From: Thermodesulfobacteriota bacterium
Lineage (GTDB): Bacteria > Desulfobacterota_D > UBA1144 > Nemesobacterales > JAJCZQ01
Reading direction: 5' to 3'
Assembly: GCA_965203965.1 (NCBI GenBank)
Contig: CBDBDR010000005.1
Location: 1-16,163, forward strand
DNA length: 16,163 nt
Shown here: piece after piece, positions 9,130 to 16,163 of the stretch
How the letters are laid out: each line of letters begins with the position of its first letter
Position numbering within the stretch: position 1 is the stretch's first letter
Made by a program: the position numbers and the translations under genes
The notes under the pieces: generated by a model
Told to the model about the DNA's origin: nothing
Database searches by the model: none
What the model saw: the letters and a program-made list of their open reading frames with translations, nothing else

Positions 9130-9669
9130 GATCAGCAAGCTATGGATGGGCAACAAGCAAGGGATGATAGTCAGCAAGCAATGGACGGGCAGCAAGTAAT
9201 GGATGTTCAGCAAGCAATGGATGATGGTCAGCAAGCAATGGATGGTGGTCAGCAAGCAATGGATGATCAGCAAGCAATTGATTATCAGCAAGAAAGGCAA
9301 GCAATTGATTATCAGCAAGCAATTGATTATCAGCAAGAAAGGCAAGCAATTGATTATCAGCAAGAAAGGCAAGCAATTGATTATCAGCAAGCATTTGAAT
9401 ATCAGCAAGCAATTGATTATCAGCAAGCAATTGATTATCGGGCAGCATTTGAATATCGGCAAGCAATTGATTATCAGCAAGCAGTTGATTATCAGCAAGC
9501 AGTTGATTATCAGCAAGCAGTTGATTATCTGGCAGCATTTGAATATCAGCTAGCAATTGATTATCAGCAAGCAGTTGATTATCTGGCAGCATTTGAATAT
9601 CAGCAAGCAAATGATGATCAGCAAGCAAAGGATGATCAGCAAGCAAAGGATGATCAGCAAGCAATTGAA
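9130..9669 (+). repeat. Coding minisatellite, 18-bp unit GATTATCAGCAAGCAATT (with 21- and 27-bp variants)
   Basis: About 27 units encoding [M/I/V/F/K]-[D/E]-[Y/D/G]-Q-Q-A; all length variants are multiples of 3. Confidence 0.95.
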
Positions 9670-9846
9670 TCTGTTTACACAATTAAATATCAGCAACCTA
9701 AATATCTGCAACCAATGGTTGAACCGACCGATGAAGAGAAGATTGAATTCATCGAGATAGTAGATGATATTAAACACCCGCCAATGCATCGTGACAGCGG
9801 CGATAAACTTAAACGCAAAAGAAAAGTGTTGTTTAGATTACTTTAG
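9142..9846 (+). CDS. Hexapeptide-repeat ORF, probably the N-terminal extension of deaminase copy 6
   Basis: 234-aa ORF: repeats, then a non-repetitive acidic linker and basic KLKRKRK; overlaps the deaminase ORF by 83 nt, which is in the +1 frame. Confidence 0.6.
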   Translation: MDGQQARDDSQQAMDGQQVMDVQQAMDDGQQAMDGGQQAMDDQQAIDYQQERQAIDYQQAIDYQQERQAIDYQQERQAIDYQQAFEYQQAIDYQQAIDYRAAFEYRQAIDYQQAVDYQQAVDYQQAVDYLAAFEYQLAIDYQQAVDYLAAFEYQQANDDQQAKDDQQAKDDQQAIESVYTIKYQQPKYLQPMVEPTDEEKIEFIEIVDDIKHPPMHRDSGDKLKRKRKVLFRLL

Positions 9847-10483
9847 AAGAGTTTGGAAAAAGGTGGCAGCAGCTTTTTTTGTTGGTATCAAATTACATCT
9901 AGAAGCCAAAAATTTTCTTACAGAGACTGGAATCAAGAAGTTACATACTTCTGATAGCATATTACAGACATCCTGGGTTGTGGCAGTAGTAGAGCACCAT
10001 GATCCCAGTAAACAGGACATTATGTTTGTGAGCACATCTCATAATAGTGAACGTGTTGGTAAGCATGCTGAAGAACGGATACTTGAACATTTTGAAAAAA
10101 AATTATCGGCTATCAAATCTATCAACCTGACACATTCTCCTTGTAGTAGCTGCACAGCTCAACTTATCTCAGCATTTTTAAAAATAAAAAAGGAAACCAA
10201 AAGACCAGCCATCAATTTTCTCTGCATCCATATCACTAGATCTAAGTACAGCTACTATCAATCTTTCAAGAATCTTCAGCTTTTGCAGACGAATGGATTT
10301 GAGTTAGGTGTTTGGTGTGACTTTCGTGACAAAATGGAACACAGGTTGCTTAGATTAGGATTTCGAGAAGACTATGAAAAAGTGCGGAATATGTTGGAAA
10401 GACATAGATCAGAATTGAAATATAGAGAATTGAAGTTAAAAATGGTTTTGATGTTTAATGTTACAATAAATCAATTTTATTGA
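9764..10483 (+). CDS. AID/APOBEC-like deaminase paralog, copy 6 (subfamily B), catalytic motifs intact
   Basis: TSWVVAVVEHH...VGKHAEERIL (HAEE 10064-10075), INLTHSPCSSC (SPCSSC 10136-10153), RPAINFLCIH, NLQLLQTNGFELGVW; uninterrupted 239-aa frame with ATG at 9764. Confidence 0.88.
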   Translation: MILNTRQCIVTAAINLNAKEKCCLDYFRRVWKKVAAAFFVGIKLHLEAKNFLTETGIKKLHTSDSILQTSWVVAVVEHHDPSKQDIMFVSTSHNSERVGKHAEERILEHFEKKLSAIKSINLTHSPCSSCTAQLISAFLKIKKETKRPAINFLCIHITRSKYSYYQSFKNLQLLQTNGFELGVWCDFRDKMEHRLLRLGFREDYEKVRNMLERHRSELKYRELKLKMVLMFNVTINQFY

Positions 10484-10985
10484 AGTCATGATACTGTTAC
10501 AGGTGTTCAATTACTGAGTTATTTTATTATGATTATTATGACCTGTACAGTATTATAACTTGTATCATTTTTCAGCAATGCTGACACTGCTGTACATGAC
10601 AAAATATTTCACTTTCTTTGGTACAGTTTCAGTCTACTGAATTATTATTGTAAACCTGCACTGTTGGTTGAGATTGTTAGTGAGGCACATACTTGGCAGT
10701 TGTGAGTTGCCAACTGATGGTGGCACCCATTATACACTGTGTATTTGCTCCTGGTACTGTACGACAAATTAGTACTGATGTCAACTGAATAAAACCTCTT
10801 GGTGCCATTAGTGAAAATGGTTTCATAACAAAAAAAACATCAGAGCCAGCATTGATTACTATCAACACTGTAGACCAACATCATTAAAAGTTTTAAAAGT
10901 GATTTAATTTAGTATTCAGAAAAATGACATCTTGCTTAAAATGTACAGCTACATGTACATTTATAGGTAGGTTTTATTCATGCAG

Positions 10986-11094
10986 TAAAGGAGAGTCCAC
11001 CATGTTCAAGGCTCACACAGCTAGTGTCAGACATGTTGAGTTCTCTAGTGATGGACAATCACTACTGACAGCATCTGATGACAAGACCATTAAG
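10986..11094 (+). CDS. POC1: POC1 centriolar WD40 protein, internal exon (first one visible in the window)
   Basis: tgcAG|...|GTgagg; [36 protein letters not shown], recognisably like POC1A/B (KGESTVFRAHTATVRSV...). Confidence 0.92.
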
Positions 11095-11341
11095 GTGAGG
11101 AATGAGGAATGAGGAATATTGAGATCCAATAAACTGTGTTCATTTGAGGGAAAGAGTGATTTTACCTAAGTGTGTACACTTAAGTAAGAATGAAGTGTGT
11201 GTAGCCCATAAAGAGAAATGCATAATAGAATTATTAGCAGTTTATTTGTATAATTATTATAACCATAGATTAATTTTTGTCTCAAAACAATCACAGATGT
11301 TCTTTGAAACTATACCACTACATAATTGTGATTTGTTCTAG

Positions 11342-11520
11342 GTATGGACGGTTCATCGTCAGAGGTTTCAGTATTGTCTGAGTGGTCACAGTAACTGGGT
11401 GCGCTGTGCTAGGTTCTCTCCCGACAGTCGACTGATAGTGTCCGCTAGTGATGACAAGACTGTGCGAGTATGGGACAAGATGAACAAGGAGTGTATCCAT
11501 ACCTTCAATGAACAGAGTGG
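11342..11520 (+). CDS. POC1: POC1 exon
   Basis: ttctAG|...|GTtagt; [60 protein letters not shown]. Confidence 0.95.
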
Positions 11521-12403
11521 GTTAGTATTCAACAAATTTTAGTCTCTTTATTGTGTTGTATCTGGAAAAGCTACTTGTACATGTATCTTCATCACTGATA
11601 GATTTGTGCTTGTGTTTCTCTACATGTGTACTGTATGTGTACTCTTGACAGCCTCTTGTTGTGTTCTTGCTTGTGTGTATCTGTTTCACCTGTGGGGCTA
11701 TGAATTAGCTTATGTACAGTTCAATACCTAGAAGTAGGTTAGAACCACCCAACATGTAACATGAAACTATTCCAGGCAGTCCCCTGCTACATGTAACACC
11801 CATAATGTTATTCTAGCTGTTGACCCTCCCCACCCCAGCTGTTGACCCTTTTTGAAATGTGATACTATGTTGATTGCTGGGTGAGTGGTGGTTTACTAAG
11901 AATAACATACACTGTATTATACTAAAGGTAAAATAATTATTGTAAGGTAAATAAGTATTAGTTATTGCCCTCACGCGAGGGCATCAACCGACATTAATGA
12001 CCGCGGGAAAGTCTGTTGCCCGAGACTGTACGAGGGCAAACGAGTTGTGTAGGCAATAAATGATTTATTACATAGTTCATCACTGTGAGCGCAATAACAT
12101 CGGGAAGACGCTACTCGTGGTCAATAACCTACATTAATGTAGGTTATTGACAATCCGATTGGTGAAAAAAATAGAGCAATCCGATTGGTGAAAGATGACA
12201 TACCATGTAATAAATGCTTGATACAAGCATTTTATTAATTTTGTTGTCTGCAACAAATTGCATTGTGCATAACATCGTTGAATCCCATTCATTGCAGGTA
12301 GCTATGCCGCTTAGTGCCTTTATACCAGTACATTTACATTTCAAAATTCAAGAGCCATTTCCTCTCCTCCCTCTTATGACTATCCTCATCTGTTGTTGTG
12401 TAG

Positions 12404-12519
12404 GTTTGTCCAGTCAGTGGCGTTCCATCCTGATGGTAACTGTATAGCTGCCGGCACTACTGATAATGTGGTCAAGATATGGGATATTAGAGTGAACAAG
12501 TTACTACAGCACTATAAAG
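12404..12519 (+). CDS. POC1: POC1 exon
   Basis: tgtAG|...|GTatgt; [38 protein letters not shown]; phases agree with both neighbours. Confidence 0.95.
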
Positions 12520-12721
12520 GTATGTCACTTAGATAACAGAATTACTATGTTAGATAATAGAATACTAGAATACTACCCTAATGTATACATTGTAAATTTA
12601 TTGTCTATGTAAGGTATTGTTCATTATCTATGGTCTGACACACACACTTGACCACACATCATGAATGCTTTTGAAAGCTCATTCACTGATTATTTAACTC
12701 CTTAGAAAGTTTATGTGGTAC

Positions 12722-12923
12722 CAGGGTTCATGGGAATGGGTGATTTCCCACCTCCAACTCCAGTGTCTCCTCCAAGAATCATTTTCAGAAAGTTAATTTT
12801 TTTCTTTAGTGCTTCTTTTGTGTCAAAATAGCCTAGACGGCCTCATGTACATGTACTCAGAGTTGACTCAGACTCTCTAAAAAGCTGATGTTCCCCACAA
12901 GAAAAATTCTGTTTGAATCTCTG
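12722..12923. mobile_element. Small MITE with CAG...CTG ends and 5-bp target duplication (hAT5-like, inference)
   Basis: CAGGGTTCA...TGAATCTCTG flanked by GGTAC at 12717-12721 and 12924-12928. Confidence 0.55.
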
Positions 12924-13012
12924 GGTACACAAATGTGTCTGCTGTACCTGCAGTGCAACAATCCATTTATTAGTCACTGTGTGTACACTACACACTCCTC
13001 CCTCTGTTTACA

Positions 13013-13397
13013 CTGGTGCTTAGCTTGCTAGTAACAATGCTATCACAAACCTCTAATGGGTCACCACCACCTTCATCCATCCTTATGTTACTCTTACAGT
13101 ATGTCTAGGGCAGGTCTAGGGCATAGAAACACTGTAGATCAGAAATTTTCACCTATAAAATTTTGTATGTTGAATTTTCGAGTTGTTTAATTTTCGTTGC
13201 TAGCTGCACGTATAATACAAATTCTCATTGTGTTAAGTTTTCGTGTTGTTTAATTTTCTTTGCAAGGATGGACGACTAAATAAATTTTAGCGCCGAAAAT
13301 TTCCCAATCTACGGTACTGTAAGAGTAACAGAAGGTGTGTGAAGGCGGTGACCAGTGGGTGTTAGTGCATTGTTACCAGAAAAGCTAGGGCATCACT
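13013..13397. mobile_element. Degenerate foldback element with ~85-bp imperfect arms
   Basis: 13016-13101 (tagtaacaatgc...ggtcacc...ccttca...tgttactcttacagta) is an imperfect reverse complement of 13315-13397 (tactgtaagagtaaca...tgaagg..ggtgacc...gcattgttacca). Confidence 0.65.
13132..13314. mobile_element. Tc1/mariner-type MITE nested in the foldback element
   Basis: CTGTAGATCAGAAATTTTC ... GAAAATTTCCCAATCTACGG followed by TA; internal aattttcg repeats; related to 14950-15121. Confidence 0.7.
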
Positions 13398-13440
13398 AAG
13401 AGCTTATTAAACCCCACAACACATCCTACAAACAGCACAA

Positions 13441-13826
13441 CACACAATTTTGAATCTTTTTGACATTCCACGGCTTCAGGACACCCGGAAAACACATTTT
13501 TGCACATTCTCCATGATCTGGGCTACATTTTGCACTCACCTAAACCACTGCTATTTATATGTACTTTTCAGTAGCCAGCCCCAAAGTACTAACTTTGAGC
13601 AAAATTTGATGAGATAGTTACACTTTATCAGATTCACTGCCGCAGTGGGAGGGGCATATTGACCGACTTGAGTGTGGGCAATTGCAGCTACTCACTGGCG
13701 AAGAAGGACACAAATTTGAGACCAGTAGCACAAAAGACACACGAGATATTCGCACACACACAGTCTTGAGAATTGTAGCATTTACGAGGTTAAAATTCCA
13801 GCAAGATAATTTTAGTATTTAAAGGG
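13441..13826. mobile_element. Third copy (right-hand part) of the piggyBac-like element, in a POC1 intron
   Basis: High identity to 4605-4956; ends TTTAAAGGG followed by TTAA (13827-13830); left end not resolved. Confidence 0.85.
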
Positions 13827-13935
13827 TTAAACACTGGGCTATAATTGTTGCCAGGTAAACGCTGAGTACTAAATAAGTAAACAACAACCAGTTTTATTTT
13901 GTTTTCTGCCAAAGGTTTTTTGAAAAATTAAGCGC

Positions 13936-13970
13936 CAGTGCATGTCACATGTGACATGTGACATGCACTG
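13936..13970. repeat. Short palindrome with 17-bp arms built from CACATGT/GACATGT units
   Basis: cagtgcatgtcacatgt-g-acatgtgacatgcactg. Confidence 0.8.
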
Positions 13971-14580
13971 TCACATGATGCCTAGTGTGCGTATTCTATA
14001 TCATGAGTTCAGTTCAGTGCAGTACAACAACACATTTTGCCTTTTTATCATAACAAATTGAAATTTTCGTGGCTAAATTTCGTTGCCATAATGTATGAGG
14101 ATTACGCAAAAATTTGCGCTGGGAGCACCCACAAAACGCGAACAAATTATCATCTCAAAATTTCCTACGTTTACTGTACACCACAGCACTCTGATACATC
14201 ACTACTAACAAGGCATTGAGATGAGCATACACTGTCTCGAGAGGCGGGACATAGTAACATAAAATGTGATTGTAACTCAGTCCCTTACAATGACGGGGCT
14301 GCTTACTCCATCATGTGACTTAGTACATTGTAACATAGTAAAACCGATAATTTTAAGATAATCAGTTGCATTCTCTAGAATTAAAATGTGATGTGAACCA
14401 AACCACATGGCTCTTGCTGTCTCTTTACACTGTTGCAGACCTCATCCAGTATTCTCCTCAGTAACATAGTGGAGTTTTTAAGCTCAGTAGCCCATAATCA
14501 GTTGCTTGTAGAATCAATTATTTCTGATGAGTCTTCTTAGTTGTGTGTGATAATTCTTCTTGTCTCTCACTCCACTATAG

Positions 14581-14663
14581 TGCATACTGGTGCTGTCAAC
14601 GGTCTGGCATTCCATCCCTCTGGCAACTATCTCCTCTCCTCCTCTTCTGATGCAACTCTAAAG
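14581..14663 (+). CDS. POC1: POC1 exon
   Basis: ctatAG|...|GTgact; (V)[27 protein letters not shown]. Confidence 0.95.
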
Positions 14664-14720
14664 GTGACTGTCACTTGTTTCATAGCAAGTCACTGGTCTC
14701 TGTTGCTGTGTTCACAATAG

Positions 14721-14771
14721 ATATTTGATCTTATTGAGGGACGACCATTCTACACATTACATGGACACAAG
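14721..14771 (+). CDS. POC1: POC1 exon
   Basis: caatAG|...|GTatag; IFDLIEGRPFYTLHGHK; preceded by a 57-nt intron. Confidence 0.93.
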
Positions 14772-14779
14772 GTATAGTA

Positions 14780-14921
<142 letters not shown>

Positions 14922-14949
14922 AACATTACTCCTACGAAATAAATTATTA

Positions 14950-15121
14950 CTGTATAGTGGGAAATTTTCGCGATTGCGTGAGATTGAGCATTTCAGTAAT
15001 AATATTTTCAGCGCTATTAGCTTATCTTTGTCAACTAAAACAAGACATTCGCGGATAAAATTTTTGCAAACAGTCTGAAATTCACGAAAACTTTCTACCG
15101 TGAAATTTTCCTGCTATACGG
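14950..15121. mobile_element. Tc1/mariner-type MITE with TA target duplication
   Basis: TA CTGTATAGTGGGAAATTTTCGCG ... CGTGAAATTTTCCTGCTATACGG TA. Confidence 0.75.
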
Positions 15122-15491
15122 TATTCCACCATTCTATTACAACCCCCAAAAATGTTTTGTGGTGAGCAAAATTTTAGATTCTCAGATTTTGCTCAAAAAA
15201 ATTATTTTGTAAAATTAAGAATGTGCGTTGCAGCACTGAATTCAAGTTTTTAAAGGAGAAGGCAACATATTATGAGCTATCTTGGCTCATCAACACACTC
15301 AAGCAGAACCAATAGAAACCGCCTTCCACTTCAGCATAATAATAATTTGCCTTTTTATGTTGCTTGAGAAATCTGCCCTTTAGTATGTTTTTCGATCATT
15401 ATTGATAACAAAATAATAATAAAGATTCACAAAAAAAAATTAATAAGAAAAAAATTTTGGAGTTAAATGTGGCTGTCAATTCATTCTACAG

Positions 15492-15560
15492 GGACCTATC
15501 AATAGTGTGGATTTTTCACCATCTGGAGAGTTCTTTGCTTCTGTTAGCAACGATGAACAG
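15492..15560 (+). CDS. POC1: POC1 exon
   Basis: ctacAG|...|GTaacc; GPINSVDFSPSGEFFASVSNDEQ. Confidence 0.93.
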
Positions 15561-15613
15561 GTAACCACCATCATTCCTCTCCTTGTTGTTCATGTTCCTT
15601 CTCCTCATCCTAG

Positions 15614-15659
15614 GTCTTAGTGTGGAAGACAAACTTCGATAGTATAGACTACACTGAAG
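15614..15659 (+). CDS. POC1: POC1 exon (end of the WD40 domain)
   Basis: cctAG|...|GTaacg; VLVWKTNFDSIDYTE, the W[KR]TNFD motif closing the POC1 propeller; preceded by a 53-nt intron. Confidence 0.92.
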
Positions 15660-15794
15660 GTAACGTTATGATAGTGTTTTACTACTGTGCTTCAACTGTT
15701 GCCTTTTTTGTCTTTCCCACTGTCACTCACTCTCTCACACTCTCTTCTTTCTCTTGTTCTCTGACTGTCTCTTTCTATCTCATTCCTCATTCTC

Positions 15795-15950
<156 letters not shown>

Positions 15951-15958
15951 TCTCCCAG

Positions 15959-16044
15959 TGCTCAAGGGTCAGAGGAAGAGACCAGCTCCTGCTCAACATC
16001 ATGAACATGATCCTCCTCCTTCGCTATCAACTGCTGGACAAGAG
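15959..16044 (+). CDS. POC1: Probable POC1 linker exon
   Basis: cccAG| with matching phase; (V)LKGQRKRPAPAQHHEHDPPPSLSTAGQE; donor GAG|GTacct inferred because the frame otherwise stops at 16068. Confidence 0.7.
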
Positions 16045-16115
16045 GTACCTCATATCATCATCGAATAGTTTTTGCGAGGGATAGAGAGGAGGAGGAGGGA
16101 GAGAGATTGTTACAG

Positions 16116-16163
16116 TCACCCTCAGCCCATGTGCGAGGGATACAGTACCTGCAACGTTCCTAT
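16116..16163 (+). CDS. POC1: Possible next POC1 linker exon, running off the window
   Basis: ttacAG| then open SPSAHVRGIQYLQRSY; implies a 71-nt intron; no conserved motif to confirm. Confidence 0.45.

Noticed and set aside
9130..9669. CRISPR-like array
   Set aside because: Units are contiguous with no unique spacers, there are no cas genes, and the context is eukaryotic; it is a minisatellite.
9061..9789. Antisense and alternative-frame ORFs over the repeat (LLADNQ, LLIINC, KQLIIS)
   Set aside because: An 18-bp unit lacking stops opens several frames automatically; the DYQQA frame spans the whole repeat and leads toward the deaminase.
10500..10985. Hidden N-terminal POC1 exon or a deaminase-POC1 fusion exon
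   Set aside because: No WD40-like translation with usable splice sites was found, and copy 6 ends in a normal stop at 10483.
11945..12230. Repeat-like segment with gccctcacgcgagggc and gcccgag...cgagggc mini-hairpins
   Set aside because: Probably a transposon remnant, but I could not define ends or a family.

Overview
Eukaryotic, AT-rich animal genomic DNA with very short introns (53-71 nt) and many non-autonomous DNA transposons; an invertebrate such as a sponge is plausible but cannot be shown from the sequence alone. The right third (10986-16163, +) carries nine internal exons of the centriolar WD40 gene POC1. No 5' POC1 exons were found in the window. The left two thirds hold a tandem cluster of six AID/APOBEC-like zinc-dependent deaminase paralogs (H-A-E...[S/P]PCxxC) in two sequence subfamilies, apparently nested in one large POC1 intron. 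Copies 3 (3645-4334, -) and 6 (9764-10483, +) keep the full catalytic motif. Copy 1 is open but has lost a zinc-binding Cys. Copies 2, 4 and 5 are broken by deletions, frameshifts and transposon insertions whose ends and target duplications can be read directly. Copy 6 is preceded by an overlapping ORF made of about 27 hexapeptide repeats, which could be joined to it by a +1 frameshift at CTT-TAG or by a 46-nt intron.
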